Shown: piece after piece, positions 33,697 through 49,252 of the stretch
Layout of the letters: each line of letters starts with the position of its first letter
Position numbering within the stretch: position 1 is the first letter of the stretch
NCBI GenBank assembly: GCA_963785305.1
Contig: CAWAUV010000008.1
Span: 640,001 to 704,000 of the forward strand
Reading direction: 5' to 3'
Length of the DNA: 64,000 nucleotides
Source of the DNA: an uncultured Planctomycetaceae bacterium
Lineage (GTDB): Bacteria; Planctomycetota; Planctomycetia; Pirellulales; PALSA-1355
Position numbers and translations under genes: made by a program
The notes under the pieces: generated by a model
Told to the model about the DNA's origin: nothing
Database searches by the model: none
Seen by the model: the letters and a program-made list of their open reading frames with translations, nothing else

Positions 33697-33909
33697 ATGG
33701 CGGATCGCCAGACGTCTCCCTATGCGGAAGCCCTCGGCTGGGTCGCCAAGATCACGACCATTGGTTGCGAAATGGTGGCGCCGGGGCTTGTCGGTTCTTG
33801 GCTGGAGCACCGCTACGGCTTGCGTTTCCTGGCGATCGCGGGGTTTGTGCTCGGGTTCTTCGTCGGATTCTGGCATTTAATGGTCATGGTCCGCACGCCG
33901 CGCAGTTGA
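33697..33909 (+). CDS. AtpZ/AtpI family small membrane protein
   Basis: 70 aa with two TM helices (MVAPGLVGSWLE; GFVLGF); first gene of the atp operon. Confidence 0.75.
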   Translation: MADRQTSPYAEALGWVAKITTIGCEMVAPGLVGSWLEHRYGLRFLAIAGFVLGFFVGFWHLMVMVRTPRS

Positions 33910-33994
33910 AACTCGCCCGGGCTCGTTCAGAGGCGTTTTTTGGCGCGGCCATGGCGGTGGGGTGTAGGAAGCTCGGCGGGCGGGTGGGCTGTTC

Positions 33995-34468
33995 TTGTCG
34001 GCGCTCTCGCATGCGAAGGTTGGCGTCGTGGTTTCGAGCCCGGTTCCGCTGAGTTTGGCGGCCGCATGCATGCGGTTGGTGGGGTTCTTGCTAATTGTCG
34101 GGTCTGGGGCCGTGGGATTCGAGTTCGTGCGTTCGAGTGAATCGAGCGCCGGAGCAGTGGCGATTGCCGCGGGATTGTGCGGGGCGGGCGGCGTGGCCGC
34201 GCTCGCCGTTGCAAGTCGGGCTCGGGGACCACGCAAGGCCGTGACGGTGATTTTGGCGGGTGTCGTTTTGCGTGGCGTGGCGCCGCTCGTGGTCGGGCTG
34301 GCGCTGCGAGCGCGGTTCGCCTGGTTGGCCGCGGCCCACATCGAAGGGTGGTTGCTGGGGTTTTATTTATTGACGTTGATCGTCGAGGCGTGGCTCCTGC
34401 CGAGGCTGCTCGCCGCCGGTGAAACGGCGGCGGTCGGCGAACGAACGGTAGGGCCGCCGAGCGCCTAG
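33995..34468 (+). CDS. ATP synthase protein I-like 4-TM membrane protein (start uncertain)
   Basis: Hydrophobic ORF directly upstream of atpB, with FYLLTLIVE near its end. Confidence 0.6.
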   Translation: MSALSHAKVGVVVSSPVPLSLAAACMRLVGFLLIVGSGAVGFEFVRSSESSAGAVAIAAGLCGAGGVAALAVASRARGPRKAVTVILAGVVLRGVAPLVVGLALRARFAWLAAAHIEGWLLGFYLLTLIVEAWLLPRLLAAGETAAVGERTVGPPSA

Positions 34469-34587
34469 GCGAGGGGCTGAACTAAAAGGGACTCGGTCGT
34501 CGGCGCGGATTTCGACGTGGTTGTTTGCCGGATCTCGGCAAGTCGAACGATGATCGCGGGCCGTTTTTCACGAGGTTGATATAGCAC

Positions 34588-35520
34588 ATGCCCAGTCCGG
34601 TTCTTCATATCAAGGACTCCTATTACTTCGACGTGCCGAAGTTCATGTGGCAATATCACTACTCGTCGATCGACGATGTGCCGGCCTATCTGCGCGATGC
34701 CCATCCCGACGTGACCAATCCCGCTTATTACAACAAGGCCCTGGCCGGAAAGATTCTGATCCCGCAGCCGTTCGGCGAGCTGCGAAATTTGTATCAACCC
34801 TCGTCGGGCCTATGCATCTCGCGCAACATGGTGCTCGAGATTTTCGTCGCGATCGCGCTGTGCGTGGTGCTCATTGGTTATGCGCGGCATGTGCGCTCGG
34901 GACAACGCCCGCGAGGCAAGCTGTGGAATTTCATTGAAATCCTGGTCGTTTTCGTGCGCGATCAAGTGGCGCGGCCCGCGATCGGCCACGACGCGGACCG
35001 GTATATGCCGCTTTTGTGGACGATTTTCTTCTTTGTGTTGGGCATGAACCTCATCGGCTTGGTGCCCTGGACCGGGGCGCCGACGGCGTCGTTTGGCGTG
35101 ACCCTGGCCTTGGCTGGAATTACCTTTGCCACGGTGCTCTTTTCGGGCATGGCGAAGTTCGGGCCGGTCGGGTTTTGGATCAATCAGTGCCCGCACATGG
35201 ATTTGCCTTGGTATTATTTCCCCATCAAGTTCATGGTGTGGGCGATCGAAGTGATGGGACTCTTCATCAAACATAGCGTGTTGGCCGTGCGTTTGTTGGC
35301 CAATATGTTGGCTGGGCACTTGGTGCTGCTGAGCATCCTGGGCATGGCTTTTACGCTGCAAGTGGCGGCGCAGAAATACGGCTGGTGGGCCGCCGCGGCC
35401 ATCACCGTGACCGCGAGTTCGATCTTCGAGGTGCTCGAGCTTTTCGTCGCGTTCTTGCAGGCATATATTTTCGCGTTTTTGTCGGCATTGTTCATCGGTT
35501 CCGCGACACACGGTCATTAG
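34588..35520 (+). CDS. atpB: F0 ATP synthase subunit a
   Basis: NLIGLVP, LAVRLLANMLAGH, LELFVAFLQAYIF. Confidence 0.96.
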   Translation: MPSPVLHIKDSYYFDVPKFMWQYHYSSIDDVPAYLRDAHPDVTNPAYYNKALAGKILIPQPFGELRNLYQPSSGLCISRNMVLEIFVAIALCVVLIGYARHVRSGQRPRGKLWNFIEILVVFVRDQVARPAIGHDADRYMPLLWTIFFFVLGMNLIGLVPWTGAPTASFGVTLALAGITFATVLFSGMAKFGPVGFWINQCPHMDLPWYYFPIKFMVWAIEVMGLFIKHSVLAVRLLANMLAGHLVLLSILGMAFTLQVAAQKYGWWAAAAITVTASSIFEVLELFVAFLQAYIFAFLSALFIGSATHGH

Positions 35521-35568
35521 CGTGTCGCTGGAACGGCCCGTGCATCTTGGTCTTTCAGATTTTTTTGA

Positions 35569-35889
<321 letters not shown>

Positions 35890-35928
35890 TCGATGAGGCG
35901 AACCGTGGCAATGAGAGGGTGCTCGCAC

Positions 35929-36657
35929 ATGGATATCGGGAATTTCTTGGTTCGATGTTTCGCGGTCGCGATCCTGGGCGTTTGTCTCTTGGGAGCGGCG
36001 CTTGCGTCGTCGGCGACGGTTGCTCGCGCCGCCGATGAGCATGTCGCGACCGGTAGTCCGCATGCGCCGGCCGGCGTCCACGCCGCCCACGATCCGTCGG
36101 AGCACATCGGACATGGCAACGCCACGCCCGACTTGGAAAATCCGGTCGAGCCGAAGGCCGATATGGCGATCGCCACCTTGCTCGTGTTTGTCGGGCTGTT
36201 GGCCGTGTTGTGGATCTTCGCCTGGGGGCCGATCTCCGAGGGGCTCGAAAAGCGCGAGGCCGGCATCGCGGCGTCGATTCGCGGCGCCGAAGACGCCAAT
36301 ATCGCCGCTCAGAAGGTGCTCAAGGAGCAAGAAGCCCGCCTCGCCGCCACGGCCGAGCAAGTGCGGGTGATGCTCGACGGAGCCCGGCGCGACGCCGAGC
36401 AAGCCAAGCGGCAAATCGAGGCCGAGGCCAAGATGTCGGCCGAGGCCGAGCGAACTCGGGCTCTGCGCGAGATCGACGTTGCCACGAACCAGGCCCTGAA
36501 AAGCTTGGCCGAGAAAAGCGCCGATCTGGCGGTCGACCTGGCCGGCAAGATCGTGGGCGCCAAGCTCAGCCCGGCCGAGCATGCGCAGTTGATCGAAGAG
36601 GCCATCGGCCGCTTCCCGGGCGCCCATGCTCCCAATGGTCAACCGAGCCACAACTAA
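35929..36657 (+). CDS. atpF: F0 ATP synthase subunit b (with N-terminal extension)
   Basis: TM helix + FAWGPI..LEKRE + long coiled coil; operon position; RBS GAGAGGG. Confidence 0.92.
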   Translation: MDIGNFLVRCFAVAILGVCLLGAALASSATVARAADEHVATGSPHAPAGVHAAHDPSEHIGHGNATPDLENPVEPKADMAIATLLVFVGLLAVLWIFAWGPISEGLEKREAGIAASIRGAEDANIAAQKVLKEQEARLAATAEQVRVMLDGARRDAEQAKRQIEAEAKMSAEAERTRALREIDVATNQALKSLAEKSADLAVDLAGKIVGAKLSPAEHAQLIEEAIGRFPGAHAPNGQPSHN

Positions 36658-36723
36658 GCGCCCGACGAGCCTCCCAGAGTCCTGTTTCGTTTTGAGTCAC
36701 CTTTTGAGCCGACTGGGCTTGCG

Positions 36724-38860
<2,137 letters not shown>

Positions 38861-38968
38861 TAGTCGTAAGCGCGCCGGTTGGAAGGGCGGCCAGGATTGG
38901 TTCGCCCCGGTCCGCTCCACCGCCGGTCGAGTGTTCGAGTCCACGATCGCAAGAATTGCATTAACGCC

Positions 38969-39925
38969 ATGGCCAAAGCCCGCGCCCTAGACAAACGCCG
39001 CAAGTCGATTCGCAACATCCGCAAGATCACGCGGACGATGGAGCTGATCGCCACCGCCCGCTTTAAAAAGGCGATGGATCGCGCGCATGCCGCCAGCGCC
39101 TACACTCGCCGCATCACGCAGCTTGTGGCCGATCTCGCGGCGAGCGGGTTGGAAGTTTCGCATCCGCTGCTGAAGCCGCGAAAGAAGCCCGAGCGCGCCG
39201 TGCTGCTATTGCTCACGGCCAATCGCGGTTTGTGTGGCGGCTACAATGGCGCCGTGCAGCGGGCCGGCTTTAATCGGCTGACGGAGCTCGCCGCCCAGGC
39301 GCCGCATGTGGCGCTGGAAGTGTCGGGCCGGCGCGGCATCGCGGCCTGCAAGTTTCGCAATATTTCACCGGCCGCGAGCTATACGAATTTCGAGGACAAG
39401 CCCTCGTTCGAAGAGGTCGAGACACTGGCCAATCGCTATTTGGAAGCCTATGCGGCCGGCAAGCTCGATCGGCTCGACGTGGCGTATATGCAGTTCGAAA
39501 ACGTCAGCCGGCAGTCGGTCGTCGTCGAGACGCTGCTGCCGCTCGGCTCGCTCGACGTGGCCGGGACTGCTCCCGCCAAGGCGAAGGACCACTCGCCGAC
39601 CCCCGGGCACGGTCAAACATCGGCGGCCGCCAGCCCCGGTGCGAGGAAATCGGCCGGCGGCGCCACGATCTACGAGTTCCTGCCGAGCGCCGAAAGCATC
39701 TTGGAGGAAGTCGTGCCGACCAGTTTCAAGGTCAAGCTGTTCAAGTGCTTTCTCGACGCGGCCGTGAGCGAACAGGTCGCCCGCATGGTGGCGATGAAAT
39801 CGGCCACGAAGAGCGCCGGCGATCGGATCAAGGACCTTTCGATGAAATACAACCGGGCCCGCCAGAGCCAGATCACGGGCGAGATCATGGAGATCATCGG
39901 CGGCGTCGAGGCACTGAACCAATAG
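38969..39925 (+). CDS. atpG: F1 ATP synthase subunit gamma
   Basis: KITRTME, RGLCGGYN, SEQVARMVAM, YNRARQSQIT.E. Confidence 0.97.
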   Translation: MAKARALDKRRKSIRNIRKITRTMELIATARFKKAMDRAHAASAYTRRITQLVADLAASGLEVSHPLLKPRKKPERAVLLLLTANRGLCGGYNGAVQRAGFNRLTELAAQAPHVALEVSGRRGIAACKFRNISPAASYTNFEDKPSFEEVETLANRYLEAYAAGKLDRLDVAYMQFENVSRQSVVVETLLPLGSLDVAGTAPAKAKDHSPTPGHGQTSAAASPGARKSAGGATIYEFLPSAESILEEVVPTSFKVKLFKCFLDAAVSEQVARMVAMKSATKSAGDRIKDLSMKYNRARQSQITGEIMEIIGGVEALNQ

Positions 39926-39963
39926 CGATTCCGAGCGGTGCGCCACGATTGCGATCGATGTAA

Positions 39964-41466
<1,503 letters not shown>

Positions 41467-41578
41467 GGTTCAGGCAAAGCCGGACCCGAGCCTTGGCGAT
41501 TCGTCGAGCCACGGGGAGCGGTCGGGGTTGGGTTCAGGGTGAATCTCGAAGTTGTCGCGGAAAGCGTCGGTGGTCGCC

Positions 41579-42000
41579 ATGGCTGAATTGCATTGTATCG
41601 TCGTCACGCCCGAGACGACGATCTTGGAACAAACGGTCGAGTTCGTGGCGCTCCCGCTGTTCGATGGCGAACTGGGAGTCCAGCCGGGGCATGCTCCGCT
41701 GATCGGGCGTTTGGGCTATGGCGAAATGCGGCTCAAGCTTGGTGGGACCACCACGAGCTTTTTCGTCGATGGCGGGTTCGTGCAAGTGGCCAACGACATC
41801 GTGTCGGTGCTCACCAGCCGCGCGATTCCACTGGACAAGATCGACTCGAAGGCCGCGGCCGAGCAACTTGCCGAGGCGCTGAAGCGCCCGCGCATTCGCC
41901 CGACACGATGGCCACCCGCGACCGGCTTCAGGCCGAAGCTCGCGCGGAATTGCGCCTCGCGAGGAAGATCGGCGCGGGGGCCCATGTGCCCTCGGCGTAA
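41579..42000 (+). CDS. atpC: F1 ATP synthase subunit epsilon (apparent frameshift near 41888)
   Basis: VVTPE, DGELGVQPGHAPL, FVDGGFVQV; C-terminal helix ARAELRLA in the adjacent frame ending at TAA 42000. Confidence 0.92.
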
Positions 42001-42030
42001 CGTGCCCTCGGCGTAACGTGCCCTCGGCGT
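41986..42030. repeat. 16-bp tandem repeat x2.8 spanning the atpC stop codon
   Basis: GTGCCCTCGGCGTAAC at 41986, 42002 and 42018 (partial). Confidence 0.9.
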
Positions 42031-42090
42031 GAAAAGTGATCGTCCTCGACCCGCGGGGCGTCGGTCGCCCGCTCGCGAGCCGCGCGGGCT

Positions 42091-43993
42091 TTATTCCGGC
42101 TGCTTGTTGAGCGTGAAGCCGGTGAGGAACCAGCCATTGGCTTCGGTGGCGATCGTCACTCCGGCCGGTCCGAAGTAGCGCCGCACGGCCTCGAAGTCGG
42201 GCAGCTTGCTGCCGTCGAGTCGCGGGGCGCGGGGCACGCCGGACCGGTTGTCGCCCAGCAACATGTTGAGCAACTTGCCGAACATGGTTTCCGACTCGGG
42301 CATGCGTCCGGCGCGGAACAGTTCATAGACCGGGCGATATTCCTCGTCGGTGCGCGAGAAGTTCATGGCGCAATTCTCGTTCGCGGCGTATTTCTTGAGC
42401 TCCCCGGAGACGAGCTTGAAATCGACGCTGTCGGAGAGCGGCTCCTGGCTCGGCATTTGCGAGAGAATCTTGATCATCAGATCGATGTTCGTCGACCAGA
42501 ACAATTGGCCGTTGGCCACCGATACCGCCGAGTTCGGCGGTAGCCGCGGCTCCTTGTTCGCGTCGTCGGCGTCGTCTTTCGGAGCCGCATCGGCGAAGCT
42601 CGGCTGGTTTTCGATCACCACCATCGGCAGCGCGTTTTCCTCCTCGACCATTTCCCAGATCACGTTGTTGTTGAACTCGCGGCGGCGGGCATTCGGGTCA
42701 ATCCGCATCATGCGATCGATCGCGCTTGCCAGGAGCTTGGCGTCGGTGGCTTCCACCGCGATCAGAATGCGTTCGCTTTTGGTCGTGATCGGTAGGTGGT
42801 AATCGCTGAGCATCACGATTCGCTCGCCCAGGTGCGCCACGATTTCCTTGCGCACATCGACCATGGCGCCGTTGGGATCGTCGCGAATGCCTTCGAGCAC
42901 ATCCTTCCACACATCGTCGCCGACATATTCGTTGACCAGCGTTTCCGATGCTTCGAAGGCTTCCTTGGTCTTCAGGTTGAAGGCGCTGAAAGCGGCAATC
43001 TCGCGCGGCGCCCAGGCCGGCGGAGCGAGCGATTCGGTATTGGGGAAATTGAGCATCCGGGCGCCGAGCTTGTATTTGGCCTCGCCGGCGCCGGCGACCG
43101 GCGGGGCGTAGATCATGGTGCGATGCAGAAGTTCCCGCTCGGTGTCGAGCGCCAAGTTCACGAATCCGCCCAGACCTTGGATGGCTTCGAAGCCTTGCTT
43201 TCGCAGGATTTCGAGCAGGTCGTGCTCGCGGTGGCGCCGGCTCGGATTGCTGGCCCGCATCACATCGGCATAGCCAAACGGTTCGATGAACCAGCGGATT
43301 TGCGGGGCGAGTCCGTCGGCCGATTGTTTACAGCGCTCGGCGATGGCCTTGAACGATTCGACGCCGGCGAGGCTGTCGTTCGATTCGTGGCCCAACCGGC
43401 CGACCATGGCGTTCGAGTACTTTCGGGTCATCGGCGCCGACGAGCACGCCATCGTGCAACGCGTAGCCGGTTTGATAGCCGGCCACTTCGCCTTGCTTGG
43501 GCACGGCGAACATCGTGACCTTCACGCCGTGAACTTCGTGTTCGCTCTGGGTGGCGTGTCGCTCGGCCATGGTCTTCGAGATTTTTTCGATGAGCTCGGC
43601 CGCTTGCTGCTCGTGGCCGGCGCAATCGGCGAACACCGCTTGAGAATGACCGCCCTTGGTCGGCTCGATCACCGCGACGCTCGCTTCGCCGCTGGGAACC
43701 TTGGAGAAGTCTTCCCAGGTGAGGCCGAGCCGCTGATGGGCCGCCTGCCACTTTCGGCGAAGCTGTTCGCGAAAGTCTTCCTCGAAGGGTTTCATGAGCG
43801 GATCGGCCATGAGCTGGCCGATTTGCGTCTTGTCCCAGCTAGCAACGACACCCTCGATGCTCGCCGTGGAAACGAACAGCTTGGTGGTGGCTGGAAAAAC
43901 GGTTTCGCTGGCCGGCGCTGCTGCCCGCGCCGGCGCCGCGAAACTCGAAATGATTACGACGGCGAATCCAAATAAAATCAGCCTGCGCGGCAC
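42091..43993 (-). CDS. Conserved secreted/periplasmic hypothetical protein (DUF3352-like; apparent frameshift near 43420)
   Basis: Signal peptide (APARA-A) in ORF 43328..43993, continuing in ORF 42091..43452; ends with LDGSKLPDFE.VRRYFGPAG. Confidence 0.65.
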
Positions 43994-44492
43994 GTTCGGA
44001 TCTCCTCGTCTATGGCCGGGTAGCCTCGAAGCGCAAGCGCTCGACCCCGCCCGCTCGGTTCTTGCCTAGGCATTCCTAATCAATCGGCTCAATCAGCGAT
44101 CCACGATCAGTGCATGCTCCGCGGAAGTCGCGCTGTTTGCCGATTTAGACAGCGTAAATTCGGCAAGGCTTGCACGGTATTCGATGCTATCGCTTGGCGC
44201 AGTTCGCCCAGATTCGCTCCTTCGCCAGCCGGCGCCGCTCGCGCCCATGACCCGCGCCGCGCATGGCCCGGGCGCCAGCAATGTGGTAAAACGAAAAACC
44301 GACTTGCGCGTGGCGATCAACGATGGCCCGCGCCCCGAGCGTTAGAATAAGGGGGCCGCCGGGCTTTCGCTAGTTCTATTGTCGCGCGCTCTTGGGGCGC
44401 CTTGGCGCGTCGCGAACAAGACGATCCTCCTCCCGCCACGGCGCCCCGAAAAACCCGTGGGTTCCCGAAAAACCAGCGGCCCGCCGAAAACC

Positions 44493-45918
44493 ATGCGTGA
44501 TTTTCGCAATGAAAACCTCAGCCACGACGCCGTTCATGGCTACATCCCCTTCGTGGCCCACGGCGCCGGCGACGAAGTGGCCGAGCGGCGGATCATCGAT
44601 CATCCCTGGGTCCAACGGCTGCGGCAAATTCATCAACTCCAAACCGCCTGGTGGGTCTATCCGACCGCCGAACACACGCGGTTTCAACATGTCGTTGGCG
44701 TAATGCACCTGGCCAGCCGGGCCGCCGCCGCGCTCTACGATTCGCTCCGCGAAGCGGCGCCCAACGCGCCCAGTCGCGGATATGTCGAAACCTTGCTCCG
44801 CATGGCCGGCTTATTGCACGATGTGGGTCACGGCCCCTTCGGCCATTTCTTCGACGAGCGATTCCTGAGCGCCTACCACGAAACGCACGAAACCATCGGC
44901 GCCCGCATCATTTGCCACGAACTCGGCCCGCTCTTGCGCGGAGTGCGGGCCAATCCGAACAGCCGGCTCGAGCCATGCGAGGAGCTCGATCCGGCGCATG
45001 TGGCGCTGCTGATTGCCCGTCCGCCGGCGGCGCGCCGAGCCCTGCTTCGGGCGGCGTGACCGCCGAGGTAGGCGAATTGCCGCGCTGGCTCTTGCTGCTG
45101 CGAAGTCTGTTTAGCGGACTTTACACCATCGACAACATGGACTTCGTGCTGCGCGACGCCTACATGACCGGTTACAGCGTCAAGGCGTTCGATCTCGATC
45201 GCTTGCTCCGCTATAGCTTCTTTTCGGCCGAGGGGCTCACGATCCACGATCGCGGCCTCCCGGCGCTGGTCAGCTTTTTGGCGGTGAAGGCGGAACTGTT
45301 TCGCACCGTGTATTACCATCGCACCGTGCGGGCGATCGATCTCGCGCTGCGCGATCTTTTTGCCGAGAGCCGCGAGTGGCTATTCGCCGGCAATCCGATC
45401 GAACGTCTCGAAGCCTATCAGCGGTTCACCGAATGGTCGCTGCTGGTGGACGTGGCCCGATGGCCGGAGAGCGATTGCGAGCGGCAACGCGAAGTCGGCC
45501 TGCGATGGCGACAAATTCTGCGGCGCGATATACCCTGGAAGATGGTCCGCGAGCGGCGACTCGTGTTTCGCGCGGCCGAACTGGAAACGAGCAGCATCTT
45601 CAACCACCCGGACTTCGTGGAAAGTCGCATTCGCGGGCGCTGCCGGCCGAGCTGCGCGACATGGCGCTGCGCGTGGATGTGACGCGGCACATCCACCGGC
45701 CCGATGCGCGCACGGCTGCCGCGAGCCGTAATTATTGGCTCGACCCGGTGCGCGATCAGATTCGCCCGCTTTCCGACGATCAGCTTTTTGGTCAGTTGCC
45801 GTTCAGCCATCGTATCTGTCGGGTTTATGCCCACGACTTCGAGCACGCGACCGCGCTCGCGGCCGCGCTCGAATCCGTGGCCGGCGCCCTGGCGGCCGAC
45901 GACGCGACGAACATGTGA
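44493..45918 (+). CDS. Second HD-domain phosphohydrolase, SAMHD1/dNTPase-like (apparent frameshifts near 45030 and 45640)
   Basis: [55 protein letters not shown]. Confidence 0.87.
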
Positions 45919-46048
45919 GCCATGTCCGGGTGGCGGGCAAACCTTTGCGGCGACCATCCACGGACCCGCGAAGTGTCGCGGCGCTGGCGTCTTTAGTAGA
46001 ATGTCGATTCGATTGTCGGTTTCGCTTTTTTCGAGGTTCGAGAATCCC

Positions 46049-47491
46049 ATGTCCGATGCGTTGAACGATTATCGAGTGTACGACAACCCGCTCATCGGCC
46101 GCTATGCCTCGCGAGCCATGTCCGAGCTTTGGGGGCCGCGGCGCAAATTTTCCACCTGGCGCCGGCTCTGGGTCGCGCTGGCCGAAGCCGAACAGGAGCT
46201 CGGCCTGCCGATTACCGCGGCCCAGATCGCCGAAATGGTGGCCCATGTCGATGACATCGACTTCGCCGCCGCCGAGGGACACGAGCGGCGACTTCGACAC
46301 GACGTAATGGCCCATGTCCATGCGTTTGGCGATGTTTGCCCCCGGGCTCGGGCGATTATTCACCTTGGCGCCACAAGTTGCTTCGTCACCGACAACACCG
46401 ACCTGATGTTGATGCGCGAAGCCCTCGGCATGGTCGCCCAGCGGCTGGCCGCGGCGATTGATCGCTTGGCCGGGTTTGCCGAGCGGCGGAAACATCTCGC
46501 GTGCCTCGCCTTCACCCATTTGCAGCCGGCCCAGCCCACGACCGTCGGCAAGCGAGCCACGCTCTGGGCCTACGATCTGGCCCAAGACCTGGAAGAAGTC
46601 GAACATCGACTCGGAGCGCTCAAGGCCCGCGGCCTCAAGGGCGCGAGCGGCACCCAGGCCAGCTTCTTGAAACTCTTCAATGGCGATCACGCGCGGGTCA
46701 AGCGACTCGAACAGCTCGTGGCCGAGAAGATGGGTTTTACCGAAACCTATGCGGTGACGGGTCAAACCTATTCGCGCAAAGTCGACGCCCAGGTGATCGA
46801 CGCGCTTACCGGCATCGCGGGCAGCGCGCACAAAGCGGCGACCGACTGGCGGCTTTTGCAGGGTCGCAAGGAGTTGGAAGAGCCGTTCGAGGAATCGCAA
46901 ATCGGCTCGTCGGCCATGGCCTACAAGCGCAATCCAATGCGCAGCGAACGCATTTGCAGCCTGGCTCGATTCGTATGCGGCCTGCAAGGCAGCGCGTCGG
47001 CGACGGTCTCGACCCAATGGTTCGAGCGCACTCTCGACGACAGCGCGATTCGTCGGCTGATGATTCCACAGGCTTTTTTGGCGATCGACGCGATCTTGCT
47101 TTTGTACTCGAACGTGGCCGGCGGCTTTGTCGTGTATCCTCGCGTCATTGGCCGCAACTTGGCGCAAGAGCTGCCCTTCATGGCCACCGAGGACTTGCTG
47201 ATGACCGCCGTGGCCGAGGGCGGCGATCGGCAGGAATTGCATGAGCGCATCCGGCGGCATAGTCAGGCGGCGGCGCGCGTCGTGAAGGAAGAGGGCGGCG
47301 ACAACGACTTGCTCGCGCGGCTCGGCCAAGACCCCGCGTTTGCCGGGCTCGACCTGGTCGACGCGCTCGAAACCTCGCGCTATGTGGGCCGGGCGCCCGA
47401 ACAAGTCGATGAATTCTTGGAAGCCGTCGTGGCGCCGATCCGCCGCCGCTACGGGACCGTGGCCGGCTTGGACGAAGAATTGCGAGTCTAG
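46049..47491 (+). CDS. purB: Adenylosuccinate lyase
   Basis: [48 protein letters not shown]. Confidence 0.97.
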   Translation: MSDALNDYRVYDNPLIGRYASRAMSELWGPRRKFSTWRRLWVALAEAEQELGLPITAAQIAEMVAHVDDIDFAAAEGHERRLRHDVMAHVHAFGDVCPRARAIIHLGATSCFVTDNTDLMLMREALGMVAQRLAAAIDRLAGFAERRKHLACLAFTHLQPAQPTTVGKRATLWAYDLAQDLEEVEHRLGALKARGLKGASGTQASFLKLFNGDHARVKRLEQLVAEKMGFTETYAVTGQTYSRKVDAQVIDALTGIAGSAHKAATDWRLLQGRKELEEPFEESQIGSSAMAYKRNPMRSERICSLARFVCGLQGSASATVSTQWFERTLDDSAIRRLMIPQAFLAIDAILLLYSNVAGGFVVYPRVIGRNLAQELPFMATEDLLMTAVAEGGDRQELHERIRRHSQAAARVVKEEGGDNDLLARLGQDPAFAGLDLVDALETSRYVGRAPEQVDEFLEAVVAPIRRRYGTVAGLDEELRV

Positions 47492-47538
47492 CAAGCACGG
47501 ACAAGCGTGAATCACCCTCGGCAATCGCGGCCCATTGC

Positions 47539-47566
47539 TTGACCCCGCCAGCCTCGAGCCTACGAT
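47539..47566 (+). promoter_or_regulatory. Putative sigma70 promoter
   Basis: TTGACC-16 bp-TACGAT, upstream of RBS AAGGAG and ATG 47615. Confidence 0.5.
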
Positions 47567-47614
47567 AAACCGGCGGCCGTTATCTTTGGTGTTTATTACG
47601 TGAAGGAGACTTCG

Positions 47615-48232
47615 ATGCGATTGTTCTCATGCTGCCGTCGCGTGACCGCGATCGTTTTTCTCGTCGCGATTGGCGGCCTCGCGCGGGCTGAAGACGCGGC
47701 GCCCGCGAACGCCGCCGCGCCGGCCGAACCGGATCGCGCTCTGCTTGAAAAGCAATTTGCCGAAACCATGACCGGCGCCACGCTCCGCGGCTGCTTCACG
47801 ATGACTTCGCTCTCCGACGCCCCCTGCAAAGACGACAAGTCGGCTCCGGCCAAGAACGAGCAACCCTCGGGCGAAAAGCCCGGCGACTCAAGCGCCCAAG
47901 AATCCGGGAAAGGGTCGGGCAAGTCGGCCAACGAGGCTCCGCTGAAGGAAGACAGTTACACGCTCGGCCAAGTGCGGAAGCTCGAAGGCGACAACTGGTT
48001 GATCGAAGCCCGCATTCAATATGGCGGCCACGATGTAACCGTGCCGCTCATGCTCAAAGTTCGCTGGGCCGGCGACACGCCCGTGATCACGCTGACCGAT
48101 TTCTCGATCCCGGGCCTGGGCGTTTTCACCTCGCGCGTGCTGTTCTATCGCGGGCAATATGCCGGCACATGGCGCCACGGCGAACATGGCGGCGAAATGT
48201 TTGGGCGAGTGCTCCCGGCCAAAGCCCATTAG
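47615..48232 (+). CDS. Secreted conserved hypothetical protein
   Basis: RBS AAGGAG; signal peptide ending ARA-E; beta-rich C-domain (WAGDTPVITL...YAGTWRHG..GG.MFG). Confidence 0.75.
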   Translation: MRLFSCCRRVTAIVFLVAIGGLARAEDAAPANAAAPAEPDRALLEKQFAETMTGATLRGCFTMTSLSDAPCKDDKSAPAKNEQPSGEKPGDSSAQESGKGSGKSANEAPLKEDSYTLGQVRKLEGDNWLIEARIQYGGHDVTVPLMLKVRWAGDTPVITLTDFSIPGLGVFTSRVLFYRGQYAGTWRHGEHGGEMFGRVLPAKAH

Positions 48233-48237
48233 TACCC

Positions 48238-48253
48238 TGTTGAAATATTCAAC
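48238..48253. repeat. Third copy of palindrome GTTGAA-ATA-TTCAAC, between convergent genes
   Basis: TGTTGAAATATTCAAC, identical to 19551-19566. Confidence 0.75.
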
Positions 48254-48285
48254 TGGTCTTTCATTGCCCGCTCATGGATCATCCG

Positions 48286-49029
48286 TCACCGCCAATGTCT
48301 GGCCGCGGCCAGCGTGGCCAGGGCGATCGCCGCGGTTTCGACCCTTAGAATGCTCGCCCCGAGCGACACCCGGCGCCAGCCATGCACATCGGCCAGGGCG
48401 ATTTCCGCGTCGGTAAATCCACCCTCGGGCCCGATCGCGAGCCAGATCGGCGATTCGCCCCGCGCGGGCTCCCAAGGCGCCGGGTTGCCTTGAGGGTCGC
48501 TGGCGCCATTGCTCGGCGTCGCCGGATGCGCGATCCAACGCTCGGCGCCCAGCCGCGGCTCCGCGAGGAAGTCTTGCAGCGAGACGGGCGGCGCGATTTG
48601 CATGAGCCGGTTGCGGCCGCACTGCTTCGTCGCTTCGATCACCGCGCGTTCGAGCCGCGCGATGGCGCCGGTGGTGGCTTCGGCCACGCCGCGCTCGGTC
48701 GCCAGCGGCGTCAGACGCATAACGCCAAGTTCGACCACCTTCTCCACCAGCCACCGCTGCCGTTCGCCCTTGGGCAGCGCCACTCCCAGGGTGATCGGTG
48801 CGCCAACTTCCCGATCGGTCGCCATGCATTCAAGCACCCGCAATTCCACCGCGCCGCGCTTGGCGGTCACAATTTCGGCGATGCATTCGACGCCGCGGCC
48901 ATCGAACAGCGAAACGAGATCGCCCGCGCCCAGCCGGCGCACATCGCGCATATGATGTGCCTCGGGCCCGACCAGCGTGACGCATTGATCGGCGACGAGG
49001 CGAGCTTCGCAGTAGTAGCGTTGGGTCAT
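48286..49029 (-). CDS. rsmE: 16S rRNA m3U1498 methyltransferase
   Basis: HHMRDVRR, EKVVELGV, EATKQCGR, IGPEGGF, LGASILRVETA. Confidence 0.95.
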   Translation of the reverse strand: MTQRYYCEARLVADQCVTLVGPEAHHMRDVRRLGAGDLVSLFDGRGVECIAEIVTAKRGAVELRVLECMATDREVGAPITLGVALPKGERQRWLVEKVVELGVMRLTPLATERGVAEATTGAIARLERAVIEATKQCGRNRLMQIAPPVSLQDFLAEPRLGAERWIAHPATPSNGASDPQGNPAPWEPARGESPIWLAIGPEGGFTDAEIALADVHGWRRVSLGASILRVETAAIALATLAAARHWR

Positions 49030-49252
49030 TGCGCGAACATGGCTCCAAGAAGTCCAGTCCCGGGGGGTGTCAGCGGCGCTCAAGCCACTTGGTTGATTTT
49101 ACCGAAGATAACGACAACCCGCATTGCCATGAAAAACGGGCCATGCTTGCGCCCGGGGCGCCGCCAAAGCCGGCGCTAGCCGATGCGCGCCGGCGCCGGC
49201 TTTGCAGTGCGGAGTGGTTTCGATCGGGCCGATCCAACGCAGCGAGTTTACA

